From: an archaeon
Lineage (GTDB): Archaea; Iainarchaeota; Iainarchaeia; Iainarchaeales; JANQMZ01
Length of the DNA: 32,000 bases
Assembly: GCA_028279805.1 (NCBI GenBank)
Contig: JANQMZ010000007.1
Location: 30,001-62,000, forward strand
Reading direction: 5' to 3'
The position numbers and the translations under genes were made by a program. Of this stretch, positions 17,406 through 26,479 are shown piece by piece (the stretch's first letter is position 1; each line of letters begins with the position of its first letter). Under the pieces are notes generated by a model that was not told the origin of the DNA, made no database searches, and was given only the letters and a program-made list of their open reading frames with translations.

Positions 17406-17846
17406 ATGCATAGGCCTGTTAGTAAAGAACTGAAAAGAATTTTTGAAGAAACAAGTAAACATTTGCAGAGAGAACATTCCAGGTTTTTGGAAGAAGTTAA
17501 GCCGGGTGAAAGAAAAACTGATGTTATTGAAACGCATAGGGCTGAACTTGCTGAAATTAAAAACGCTTTGTCTTCAAATGATTTTGGCAATGTAAGCAGG
17601 CGTGCCATGAGGCTTGCAATTCGTTTGCTTGAATCTGATATTGAGTTTGCAAACAAAAGACTTAAACATTTTGAAAGACTTGGTGAAGAAGCTGCCAGAG
17701 AGGAATGGAACAGGGAACGTGAAACAGAAAAAGGTGTAATTTATTCACTGCCTTTTGAAGGTTTAATGACAAGGCTTAGAAATACTGTAAAATTGGGGCC
17801 AACCGCTTTAAGCATTTTAGAAGAAAATCTTAGAGAAAAAGTTTAA
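17406..17846 (+). CDS. Small highly charged helical protein, unknown function
   Basis: 146 aa, Arg/Glu-rich, starts 16 nt after TBP; no family recognised. Coding-like composition and no competing ORF on the other strand except a spurious one. Confidence 0.7.
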   Translation: MHRPVSKELKRIFEETSKHLQREHSRFLEEVKPGERKTDVIETHRAELAEIKNALSSNDFGNVSRRAMRLAIRLLESDIEFANKRLKHFERLGEEAAREEWNRERETEKGVIYSLPFEGLMTRLRNTVKLGPTALSILEENLREKV

Positions 17847-17896
17847 TTTTTTTTAAAAAAACAACTTTTTTAAGCTTTAACAATCCCAATTATACT

Positions 17897-18014
17897 GATT
17901 AGCGGCCATACCGCAGAGGAAACACCCGGTCTCATTTCGAACCCGGAAGTTAAGCTCTGTAGGGTTTAGGCTGGCAGTGGGTTTTTACCTGCAGCCTCCT
18001 GAAAGCTGCTAATC
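17897..18014 (+). rRNA. rrf: 5S ribosomal RNA
   Basis: GATTAGCGGCCATACCGCAGAGGAAACACCCGGTCTCATTTCGAACCCGGAAGTTAAGCTCTG...GCTGCTAATC; terminal stem GATTAGC/GCTAATC; conserved CCCGGTCTCATTTCGAACCCGGAAGTTAAG. Upstream TATA-like tttttaagc about 25 nt away; oligo-T directly 3'. Confidence 0.96.
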
Positions 18015-18074
18015 TCTTTTTTTTATGTTGCAGGCAATTGCGCTTGCAGTGAAACCTATAAATTAGCAGCTTTA
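18002..18074 (+). repeat. 12-bp perfect inverted repeat linking the 5S 3' end with downstream sequence, enclosing a second hairpin
   Basis: AAAGCTGCTAAT (18002-18013) versus ATTAGCAGCTTT (18063-18074); inner hairpin TGCAGGC-AATTGC-GCTTGCA (18029-18048, one G.U). Confidence 0.6.
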
Positions 18075-18212
18075 AAACAAAATTTTTTTATTCTATTCTT
18101 GAACCAAAAATGTCTTTTTATTTTAAGTATAATTTAATTTTAAGGGTTAAAAGCATAAGCAAGTGTTTTAATTCCTTTTATCATTATTTTCTAAGATTTA
18201 CAGGTTGTTTAA

Positions 18213-20360
18213 ATGTCTTCAAATAATGCTTTTTTGTCAAAAATTTGGGAAAAAAGGCATACAATTTTTTTGCTTTTAATCATTTTTATAATTGCTTTTA
18301 TTATCCGGGGCCATAACTTAAAATTTGACTTGTTTTTTGGTTTTGATTCTTATTATCACGCAAGAATGGTTGCGCTTTTATTAGAACAGGGTTTTTTGCC
18401 TCAGTTTGACCCTTTGGCTTACTATTATGTTGGAGGTTCTCCTGTTCCCACAACCGGATTGTTTTTTTGGTATTTTTCAGCCGCGCTTTACAAAGTTTTC
18501 ACATTAAACGCTCCTTACAGTAAAGAGTTATGGATTCAGTTTGTTAAAATTTTGCCGGCATTGTTTGGTTCTTTGACAGCCATTGCAATGTATTTTTTCG
18601 GAAAAGAACTTTATGGAAAGCATGCCGGTTACGGAATGGCTTTATTTTCAGCTGTTGTTCCAAGTTTTGTTTACAGAACAATGGCTGGTTTTTTTGAGGA
18701 AGACTCTTTGGGTTTTTTGTGGCTTATTATTGGTTTTACTTTTTTCTTTAGAGCAATGAAAAAACTTGATTTCAGCAAAGAATCTTTGATAAATGCATTG
18801 CTTGCTGGAATATTTTTTGGAATAATGTCTTGGACTTGGGAATTTTTTGTAATTGTGCCAATAATATGGATATTATATTTCTTTTTTGGTTCAATTAACA
18901 TTTATGCAAAACAAGGAGCAGAAAAATTAAAACCGTTTGTCGGATTGTTTGCAATTTCTTTTCTGGTTTTTACTTTTATGACTTTTTTCAGCTGGGGCTT
19001 TGAATGGATTAGCAGAATTTTTAATGTGACAATCGGCAATCTTCCGTTGGAAGGCGGAGCATCATTGTTTTTGTTATTGTTTGGCTTAATCATTTTTGGA
19101 TTTTTTGCTTTTATTTTGTTTTTTGGTTCAGCCAAGGATTCAGTTGAAAAACGCAGAAAATCTTTAAACCTGATTTCAATGATTTTGCTTTACGCTGCGT
19201 TTGGCGTAATTTTAATGATTTTATTCGATTTTGGAGGGCTTTTTTCATCACAATTTGAATCGGGAACCGTTTTAGGTGCAACAATCGGGGAAGAAAGTTT
19301 TGGAGGAACAACTTTTGGCTATAAATATAATATGCTTTTGCTTTTCCCGTTGCTTGCTTTGATAATAATTCCGTTTCATGTTTTTAGAAACAAAAAAGAG
19401 CATTTAAGTGTTATAATTTTTTTCTGGATTGCTTTAAGTTTAATTGGTGCTTTTTACAAACTTAAATTTACTTATTTGTTTGGCTTGCCTGTGGCCGCTT
19501 CAGCCGGAGTAATTTTAAACCAGTTTTTTGTTTTATGGAAAAAACGTTCAAACACTTTGGAAGTAAAATTTATAGCAATATTTTTTGCTTTTCTTTTGAT
19601 TGGCGGTGTTGCAGCTGGTTCTTATTTTGTTACAAAAAGGCCTCCTACGATTGAAACTCAGCAAAACTGGAAAAATGTTTTTGAATGGATGAAAAATGAA
19701 ACACCTGAAGATGCAACTTTTTTTAACTGGTGGGACAAAGGGCATTGGCTTACTTTTATTGGTGAAAGAAAAGCTTCTCTGGATAACAGGAATTATGATT
19801 TTCAAGGCGATTCAGATTTTGCCCGTTTTACAATTGAAACAAATGAAACTGAAGCTTTTAAAATTTTAAAAAAATACAAACCTGATTATTTGTTGTTTGA
19901 TTCAACGCTTATGCAGTCACAAACTTCTGCTATTGTAAATGGTGACAATATTTCCATTACTTCCCCTTCCATGTTTTTGTATGCTTATGATACTTTGAAT
20001 TTAAGCTCTGTTCCCGGCTTGCCTCAGAAAATGCAGGGATATTTGGCTGCTTATCTTCCATGCGGCGAAAGTGTAAATGGTTTTAACTGCCGCGGCAATT
20101 TTTTAACACACGATCAGATGGAAAATCTTCCGACAACAATTGCACAAAATCCTACAAGCTTGATTGCAGGAGGCAGGCTTCCTGTATTTTATTACAGGGA
20201 GGAAAACAATTCATCCATTGCCGTTGTAGGCCCGGAATCAAACAAGTCAATGCTTGTAAGAATCTGGTTTAATGACCCAAGCTTATCCCAATATTTTGAA
20301 CAGGTTTATTTTAAGGATGACATTAAAGTTTTCAAAGTAAAAGAAGAATTTTACCAATAA
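18213..20360 (+). CDS. aglB: Dolichyl-phosphooligosaccharide-protein glycotransferase (STT3/AglB family)
   Basis: Multi-TM; first motif GFDSYYHARM, catalytic-region NWWDKGHWLTFIGERKASLDNRN in place of WWDYG. Confidence 0.92.
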   Translation: MSSNNAFLSKIWEKRHTIFLLLIIFIIAFIIRGHNLKFDLFFGFDSYYHARMVALLLEQGFLPQFDPLAYYYVGGSPVPTTGLFFWYFSAALYKVFTLNAPYSKELWIQFVKILPALFGSLTAIAMYFFGKELYGKHAGYGMALFSAVVPSFVYRTMAGFFEEDSLGFLWLIIGFTFFFRAMKKLDFSKESLINALLAGIFFGIMSWTWEFFVIVPIIWILYFFFGSINIYAKQGAEKLKPFVGLFAISFLVFTFMTFFSWGFEWISRIFNVTIGNLPLEGGASLFLLLFGLIIFGFFAFILFFGSAKDSVEKRRKSLNLISMILLYAAFGVILMILFDFGGLFSSQFESGTVLGATIGEESFGGTTFGYKYNMLLLFPLLALIIIPFHVFRNKKEHLSVIIFFWIALSLIGAFYKLKFTYLFGLPVAASAGVILNQFFVLWKKRSNTLEVKFIAIFFAFLLIGGVAAGSYFVTKRPPTIETQQNWKNVFEWMKNETPEDATFFNWWDKGHWLTFIGERKASLDNRNYDFQGDSDFARFTIETNETEAFKILKKYKPDYLLFDSTLMQSQTSAIVNGDNISITSPSMFLYAYDTLNLSSVPGLPQKMQGYLAAYLPCGESVNGFNCRGNFLTHDQMENLPTTIAQNPTSLIAGGRLPVFYYREENNSSIAVVGPESNKSMLVRIWFNDPSLSQYFEQVYFKDDIKVFKVKEEFYQ

Positions 20361-20375
20361 AAGGTGTTTTTTTAA

Positions 20376-21470
20376 ATGCGCACTCTTTTCAAAATGTTTT
20401 TATCATACATTCTGGTTTTTGTTATTTATTTTTTTATTCAACAGCCTGAATTTTTAATTTTGTCCACATCCTTTACTACAACTTTTTTTATTCTGCCCCC
20501 TTTTATTGCAAGAATTAAGGAAAGAGGCAACGGTTTTGTTTCAAAGGACATGAACAAATTTGATAAAAGAAAAATTCCCGAATTCGGAGGCTTTACAGTT
20601 TTTTTCGGATTTTTAACAGGCATAATTGCGGCAATTGCATTATTTTCCTACACCAACATTATTTTTTTTGATTTAACAATTCTTTTAGCCGGTTCTTTTA
20701 CTGTTGCAATTGTTGGTGCTGTTGGAATTGTTGATGATTTAATGGGCTGGAAAAAAGGAATTGCACAATGGCAGCATGCATTGGTTCCGGCTTTTGCCGC
20801 ATTGCCTTTAATGGCTATAAAAATTTCAAATCCTCCTATTTTTTTGCCAGTAATCGGTTTTCTTCCCAGCGAATTTGTTATTCCTTTCATCGGAGTTGTT
20901 TCATTCGGATTAATTTATTCATTGTTTTTTGTTCCGATTGGCATTACCGGTGCAAGCAATGCAACAAACATGCTTGCCGGCTTTAACGGTTTGGAAGCAG
21001 GCCTGGGCATTTTAATAATTGGAACATTGTTTTTAATTTCAATAATTAACGGCAAAATTGAAGCTGCAATTCTTTCAATTTCATTGCTTGCAGCCTTAAT
21101 TGCTTTTTTGTTTTACAACTGGTTTCCTGCAAAAGTTTTTGGCGGAGATTCCTTAACTTTAATGGTTGGCGCGGGAATTGCAACAATTTCAATTGTTGGA
21201 GATATTGAAAAAATTGCTGTTCTTTTAATGTTATTATATTTTATTGAACTTGGATTTAAAGCAAGGCACAGATTCAAATCCGAATGCTTTGGAATTCCTC
21301 AAAAAAACGGCATTTTAAAGCCTGATCCCCGCGGAGGCTCTTTGACTCATTGGATTATGCGCAGAGGCAAATTCACCGAGCCTCAAGTTGTTAAAAGAAT
21401 TCTTTTTTTGCAGTTAATAATTTCAGTAACAGTTGCATTGCTTTCACATTTCCAGTTAATATTAATCTGA
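20376..21470 (+). CDS. GPT/MraY/WecA-family UDP-sugar:polyprenyl-phosphate phosphotransferase (Alg7/AglH-like)
   Basis: DKRKIPEFGGFTVFFGFLTG, GIVDDLMGW, NATNMLAGFNGLEAGLG, FPAKVFGGDSLTLMVGAGIA. Confidence 0.9.
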   Translation: MRTLFKMFLSYILVFVIYFFIQQPEFLILSTSFTTTFFILPPFIARIKERGNGFVSKDMNKFDKRKIPEFGGFTVFFGFLTGIIAAIALFSYTNIIFFDLTILLAGSFTVAIVGAVGIVDDLMGWKKGIAQWQHALVPAFAALPLMAIKISNPPIFLPVIGFLPSEFVIPFIGVVSFGLIYSLFFVPIGITGASNATNMLAGFNGLEAGLGILIIGTLFLISIINGKIEAAILSISLLAALIAFLFYNWFPAKVFGGDSLTLMVGAGIATISIVGDIEKIAVLLMLLYFIELGFKARHRFKSECFGIPQKNGILKPDPRGGSLTHWIMRRGKFTEPQVVKRILFLQLIISVTVALLSHFQLILI

Positions 21471-21477
21471 GGCGTTT

Positions 21478-21927
21478 TTGTTGAAAATAGCATTAGTTTG
21501 TTCTGCCGGCGGGCATTTAACAGAATTATTGCAGTTAAAAAAATCATGGCAAAACACTGACCATTTTTTTATAACAGACAAACGAATGGATTCACAGGCT
21601 TTGGCTAAAAATAACAAAACTTTTTTTTTAACCGTTCCAAGAAGAAACCCGGTAAAATTGTTAATAAACTTTTTCCAGGCATTAAACCTTTACTTTAAAA
21701 CAAAACCAAATCTTGTTATCAGCACCGGTGCTGACACCGCAATTCCTTTTTGTTTAATAGCAAAGTTTTTCGGAGCAAAAATCATTTTCATTGAATCTTT
21801 TGCCCGCATTAAAGAACCGTCTTTGAGTGCTAGAATAATGTATCCTTTTGCTGACAAATTTTTTGTTCAATGGCCTCAGAATAAAAAATTTTTTCCAAAA
21901 GCAGAATTTGTCGGAGGCGTTTTTTAA
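21478..21927 (+). CDS. Alg14/PssD-like glycosyltransferase subunit (TTG start)
   Basis: KIALVCSAGGHLTELLQL, LVISTGADTAIPFCLIAKFFGAKIIFIESFARIKEPSLSARIMYPFADKFFVQWP; preceded by gagg. Confidence 0.87.
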   Translation: MLKIALVCSAGGHLTELLQLKKSWQNTDHFFITDKRMDSQALAKNNKTFFLTVPRRNPVKLLINFFQALNLYFKTKPNLVISTGADTAIPFCLIAKFFGAKIIFIESFARIKEPSLSARIMYPFADKFFVQWPQNKKFFPKAEFVGGVF

Positions 21928-22406
21928 TGAAAAATGTTTTTGTTACAATCGGAACTCACCCACAGGATTTTTCCCGTTTAATAAAACAAATTGATTCAAT
22001 TGCTTCCAAAAATAAAATTAAATTTTTTGTCCAAACAGGTTACACAAAATTCAAGCCAGAAAATTTTTCTTCAAAAAAGTTTTTATCAGATTCAGAGTAT
22101 AATAAAAAATTTGCAAAAGCAGATGTAATAATTTCCCATGGCGGAGCCGGAACAATTATTCGTGCTCTTGAATTAAAAAAATCTTTGATTATTGTTCCTC
22201 GTTTAAAAAAATTTAATGAACATACGAATGACCATCAGCTTGATTTGGCTAAAGCTCTGCAAAAAAGAGGAAAAGCGTTGTATGTGGCAAATATTTCTTC
22301 ACTTGAAAAAACGTTAAAAAAATCTCTTTCTTTCAAGCCAAAGTTTTCCAGCGAAAAGCAAAAACTCATAAAAGCAGTCAATTCTTACATTAAAAGCCTG
22401 AAATAA
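21927..22406 (+). CDS. Alg13/PssE-like glycosyltransferase catalytic subunit
   Basis: VFVTIGTHPQDFSRLI, ADVIISHGGAGTIIRALELKKSLIIVPR; overlaps the Alg14-like stop (TAATG). Confidence 0.87.
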   Translation: MKNVFVTIGTHPQDFSRLIKQIDSIASKNKIKFFVQTGYTKFKPENFSSKKFLSDSEYNKKFAKADVIISHGGAGTIIRALELKKSLIIVPRLKKFNEHTNDHQLDLAKALQKRGKALYVANISSLEKTLKKSLSFKPKFSSEKQKLIKAVNSYIKSLK

Positions 22407-23540
22407 TCATTTTTTTAGTTCTTTATACAATGAGTCAAATTCTTTTGCAATTGCTTTGATTGAATAATTTTTTTCAACACGCTTTCTTGATTTTTTTTCC
22501 AAACTTTTTCTCAAATCAGAATTTTCAATTAATTTAATTATGCCACGCGCAATGCTTTTCGGATTTTTTGGTTTGACAAGAACACCTGAATCCTGAAGCG
22601 TGTTTTTTATTTCCCCAAAATCGGTTGCAACAATTGCTTTTCCTGAAGACATGCTCTCCAATAATGCAATGCTTGTTGTAGCCTTAAAAGCAAAAGAATG
22701 AACAACAATTCTGGCAGCAGAATAAGCTTCAGGAACCTGCTTGTTTTGAATTTTTCCCGCAAATAAAACATTTTTTTGCAAGTTTAAATCTTCAACAAGC
22801 TTTTCCAGTGAGTTTTTCCCGGGTCCAGCTCCGAAAATTACAAATTTCCAGTCAGGATATTTTTTTACAACATGCTTCATTGCTTTAACCGTGTAACTGA
22901 TTCCTTTTGTGTTTGTTGAATGCAATGGTTTTGCTGACACAATCAGATTTTGTCCAAAAATTTGTGTAAATCTTTTTCCTGAAACTTTTGGATTGTACAT
23001 TTTTGAATCAATTGCACCCGGAATTTGAACAATTTTGTTTTTTGGAATGCCCCATTTTTGTAAAAATTGTTTTGAAACAAATTCAGACCATGAAACAATT
23101 TTGTCAAACTTTATTTTTGGCAAAAAAGTTTTATTAAACCAGTAAACAAGTTTCATGTTTAAGCTGACATTCACATCGCTTAAATATTCAACTGCTACAA
23201 TTAAAGGAATTTTCAAAGTTTTTGAAACTTTTTCTCCGATTATGCCGGGAAAAGCATCATTTTGTGCATGAACCAAATCAACTTTGTGTTTTTTTGCAAT
23301 TTCCACAGCTTTTTCTGCCTGTAACATGTATTCCCATTTGTGAAAAGCATGATGGCCTAAAACTTTTGCTTTGTATTTTTTTATTCCAAGTTTTTTTTCT
23401 TCTTTAAAATTTTTTTGCTCTGTTGTAAAAACAATTATTTCATGTTTTTTGCTTAATTCTTTTAACAAATTTGAAACAAAAACTTCTCCGCCTCCTCCGC
23501 CTTCAAGTGAATAGGTATGAGTAATAAACAGTATTTTCAT
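22407..23540 (-). CDS. GT4-family glycosyltransferase
   Basis: MKILFITHTYSLEGGGGGEVFVSNLLKEL; C-terminal TSIALLESMSSGKAIVATDFGEIKNTLQDSGVLV. Listed ORF extends to 23549. Confidence 0.88.
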   Translation of the reverse strand: MKILFITHTYSLEGGGGGEVFVSNLLKELSKKHEIIVFTTEQKNFKEEKKLGIKKYKAKVLGHHAFHKWEYMLQAEKAVEIAKKHKVDLVHAQNDAFPGIIGEKVSKTLKIPLIVAVEYLSDVNVSLNMKLVYWFNKTFLPKIKFDKIVSWSEFVSKQFLQKWGIPKNKIVQIPGAIDSKMYNPKVSGKRFTQIFGQNLIVSAKPLHSTNTKGISYTVKAMKHVVKKYPDWKFVIFGAGPGKNSLEKLVEDLNLQKNVLFAGKIQNKQVPEAYSAARIVVHSFAFKATTSIALLESMSSGKAIVATDFGEIKNTLQDSGVLVKPKNPKSIARGIIKLIENSDLRKSLEKKSRKRVEKNYSIKAIAKEFDSLYKELKK

Positions 23541-23605
23541 TTTTTTCACTTTAATTTTGCTGATTGCCCTGAATTTAAAATTTTTGGTATTAAAATCGTG
23601 AAAAT

Positions 23606-23626
23606 AAGGCTTAAAAAGCCTTTTTT
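23606..23626 (+). promoter_or_regulatory. Terminator/attenuator-like hairpin with U-tract in the leader of the epimerase gene
   Basis: AAGGCTT-AAA-AAGCCTT followed by TTTT, ending 14 nt before the ATG at 23640. Confidence 0.45.
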
Positions 23627-23639
23627 GCTGATTATTTGC

Positions 23640-24752
23640 ATGTCTAAAAATATTCTTGTAACGGGTGGAGCCGGTTTTATTGGCTCTTTTATTGTAGATG
23701 AACTAATTGAACAGGGACATGAAGTAACAGTTTTGGATAATTTGTCAGAACAAGTTCATCCAACAGGAAAGCCTGATTATCTGAATCAGAAAGCGTCTTT
23801 CATTAAAGGTGATGTAAGAAACAGGGAAGATGTTGCCAAAGCTTTTGAGGATATAGAAATTGTTTTTCATCAGGCTGCTGCTGTTGGTGTAGGGCAAAGC
23901 ATGTATCAAGTTGAAGACTATGTTGATGTAAATGAAAGAGGTACAGCTGTTTTGTGGGATTATTTAATTAACAAAGAACATTCTGTTAAAAAATTTGTAA
24001 TAGCTTCTTCAATGAGTTCTTATGGCGAGGGATTATATCAAAATGAGTCAGATGAATTTGTTCAGCCTGATTTAAGGCCTGAAAACCAGATGGCTAAAGG
24101 CGAATGGGAATTAAAGGATAAAGACGGTGGCATTTTAAAACCTGTGCCAACCCCTGAAACAAAAAACCAGGATTGTAATTCTGTTTATGCTTTAACAAAA
24201 AAAGAACAGGAAAAAATGAGTTTATTGCTGGGAAAAACTTATGGAATTCCTACAACTGCTTTAAGATATTTTAATGTGTTCGGAACAAGGCAGTCTTTAA
24301 GCAATCCTTATACCGGTGTTGTGGCAATTTTTATGTCCAGAATTAAAAATAATAATTCTCCTGTTGTAACGGAGGACGGTTTGCAAACCCGTGATTTTAT
24401 TTCTGTTAAAGATGTTGTTCAGGCAAACATTCTTGCAATGAATTCTTCAAAAGCAAACAATCAAGTGTTTAATGTTGGAATGCAGAATCCTTTGACAATT
24501 AAAAGCATTGCTGAAAATCTGATTCAAATTTATGATTCAAATGTCAAGCCAAAAATAACCGGGCGTTTTAGAAAAGGAGATGTGAGGCATTGTTTTGCTG
24601 ACATTTCCAAAATTAAAAAAAAGCTGAACTTTGAGCCAAAAATTTCTTTTGAACAACAGCTTGAAGAAATTGTTTCATGGTCTAAAACTGTTCAAGCTGA
24701 TGACAAGTTTGATGAAGCTAATAAAAAACTTGAAGAAAAAGGTCTTTTTTAA
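23640..24752 (+). CDS. NAD-dependent nucleotide-sugar epimerase (dTDP-L-rhamnose 4-epimerase-like SDR)
   Basis: ILVTGGAGFIGSFIVDELIEQGHEVTVLDNLSEQVHPTG, ASSMSSYGEG, YALTKKEQEK. The ORF listed from 23517 includes a non-coding-like N-terminal extension. Confidence 0.87.
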   Translation: MSKNILVTGGAGFIGSFIVDELIEQGHEVTVLDNLSEQVHPTGKPDYLNQKASFIKGDVRNREDVAKAFEDIEIVFHQAAAVGVGQSMYQVEDYVDVNERGTAVLWDYLINKEHSVKKFVIASSMSSYGEGLYQNESDEFVQPDLRPENQMAKGEWELKDKDGGILKPVPTPETKNQDCNSVYALTKKEQEKMSLLLGKTYGIPTTALRYFNVFGTRQSLSNPYTGVVAIFMSRIKNNNSPVVTEDGLQTRDFISVKDVVQANILAMNSSKANNQVFNVGMQNPLTIKSIAENLIQIYDSNVKPKITGRFRKGDVRHCFADISKIKKKLNFEPKISFEQQLEEIVSWSKTVQADDKFDEANKKLEEKGLF

Positions 24753-24767
24753 CTGGTTTTGTTTAAA

Positions 24768-25640
24768 ATGAAAGCAAGCATTATTATTGCAACAAAAAAC
24801 CGTTCAAATATTTTAGCCAGAAGTTTGAATGCAATGCTTTCCCTTGATTTTGATTCTTTTGAAATAATTGTTGCAAATGACGGTTCAACTGATTCAACAA
24901 AATCTTTTCTTGAAGACATTTCTTCCAAAACATCCAAAATAAAGGCTTTAAATTTTTCAAAAAGCCGCGGCCCCGCTTTTGCCAGAAACCGTGCTATTGA
25001 ACAGTCTAAAGGCCGTTTTATTGTTATAATGGATGATGATTGCATTCCTCAGAAAAAATGGCTTTCCCAGCTGCTAAAGCCTTTTGAAAAAAATAAAAAC
25101 ATCGGCATTACCTCCTCGTTTAATTATTTTGGAGGCACATCCACAGCTTATAGAGGAACATTGCTTCAAAAAATTGGCTTGTTTGATGAATCCTTTCCTT
25201 TTAATTACCGTGAAGACACTGACTCTGTGTTTAAAATTTTGGATCTCGGCTATAAAGTTGAAATGGTTAAAGCTCCTTTTGACCATTTTCACAAACAGCC
25301 TGAAAATTTTTTGCAAAAAATCAAATACGGTTTTAAAAGATTGTGGATGCACCATGTTGATCCTTTAATTTTTAAAAAACATCCAGTAAGAGGCAAAAAT
25401 TTTTTTGATGTAAAACTTGGTTTTATAAGGAATCCGGTAAAAGATTTTGAAGTTGCAACAGGTTTATGGTGGAAACGTTCTCCAAAATTAAGCCTTTCAA
25501 GCCCGCAGGGAGTAAAACTGATTGAAAATAAATCTCCGTTGCATTTTATTATAATAATTTTGGGAGGAATTTTTTATGCTGTTGCAATAAAGTTTGTAAG
25601 GCTTTATGGCAGTATTAAATATGGAAAACTTTTGGTGTGA
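24768..25640 (+). CDS. GT2-family glycosyltransferase
   Basis: KASIIIATKNRSNILARSLNAMLSLDFDSFEIIVANDGSTDSTKSF; MDDDCIP. Confidence 0.88.
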   Translation: MKASIIIATKNRSNILARSLNAMLSLDFDSFEIIVANDGSTDSTKSFLEDISSKTSKIKALNFSKSRGPAFARNRAIEQSKGRFIVIMDDDCIPQKKWLSQLLKPFEKNKNIGITSSFNYFGGTSTAYRGTLLQKIGLFDESFPFNYREDTDSVFKILDLGYKVEMVKAPFDHFHKQPENFLQKIKYGFKRLWMHHVDPLIFKKHPVRGKNFFDVKLGFIRNPVKDFEVATGLWWKRSPKLSLSSPQGVKLIENKSPLHFIIIILGGIFYAVAIKFVRLYGSIKYGKLLV

Positions 25641-26413
25641 AAATGCAGTCAACAAAAGAACTTAGAAAATATTATACCGAGGAATATTTTTCAAAAATTA
25701 ACCGTGGTTCAAAAGAGTTTGAAAAATTTAAAGCTGAAAAACTTCCCAAAGAATTAATTGAAAGCTTGCTTCTTTTAAATCCTAAAAAGAATGAAAAAAT
25801 TTTGGACGTGGGTTGTGGCAGGGGGGAAATGGTTTTTGCATGCAAACAAAAAGGAGCTAAAGCTTTTGGAATTGATTTTTCTTTTAATGCTTTAAAATTC
25901 GGAAAAAAACTTGGTTTAAAAAATCTTGTTCAGGCGGACGCAATCAGCCTGCCTTTTAAAAATAATTCTTTTGACAAAATTGTTTTTTTGGAGGTAATTG
26001 AACATATTCCAAAAGAACTTGAACACCAGTTATTGTCAGAATTAAATCGTGTTTTGAAAAAAAACGGCTTGCTTGTTATTACCACAGCCCCTAATGCGTT
26101 TGTTGCAAAACCTTTGTATTTTGTTGCAAAACTTTTGGGAATGAAACGAGGCTTGAATGAACAGATTCATGTTAATGAAAAAACTTTTTTTTCTTTGGCA
26201 AATAGTTTAAAAAAAGCCAATTTTAAGCCAAAAGTCTGGGTTGAATTTGATGCGGAATGGTTTAAGGCTGCTGTCGGCGGAAAAAAGGGCCAGAGTTTTT
26301 TTAACCTTTTTTTGCCTTTTTTAAGGTGGAAACCGCTTGGTTTCCTGGTTGATAAAACTCCTCTTTCAATTTTTTTAGGAATACATGTTTTTGCCGTTTC
26401 AAAAAAGCTTTGA
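25637..26413 (+). CDS. SAM-dependent methyltransferase (class I)
   Basis: ILDVGCGRGEMVFACKQKGAKAFGIDFS, FDKIVFLEVIEHIP; overlaps the preceding GT by 4 nt. Confidence 0.87.
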   Translation: MKMQSTKELRKYYTEEYFSKINRGSKEFEKFKAEKLPKELIESLLLLNPKKNEKILDVGCGRGEMVFACKQKGAKAFGIDFSFNALKFGKKLGLKNLVQADAISLPFKNNSFDKIVFLEVIEHIPKELEHQLLSELNRVLKKNGLLVITTAPNAFVAKPLYFVAKLLGMKRGLNEQIHVNEKTFFSLANSLKKANFKPKVWVEFDAEWFKAAVGGKKGQSFFNLFLPFLRWKPLGFLVDKTPLSIFLGIHVFAVSKKL

Positions 26414-26479
26414 ATTTGTACCAATAAAGTATAAAAACCGTAAAACATTGTTATTAAAGAGCATTTTTGGGTTTCAAAC

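Noticed and set aside
23222-23407. Short plus-strand ORF within the GT4 gene
   Set aside because: Antisense shadow of the GT4 glycosyltransferase; no independent signals.
23517-23639. N-terminal 41-aa extension of the epimerase ORF
   Set aside because: Sequence MSNKQYFHFFHFNFADC... reads through the intergenic region and hairpin; the SDR fold clearly begins at the ATG at 23640.
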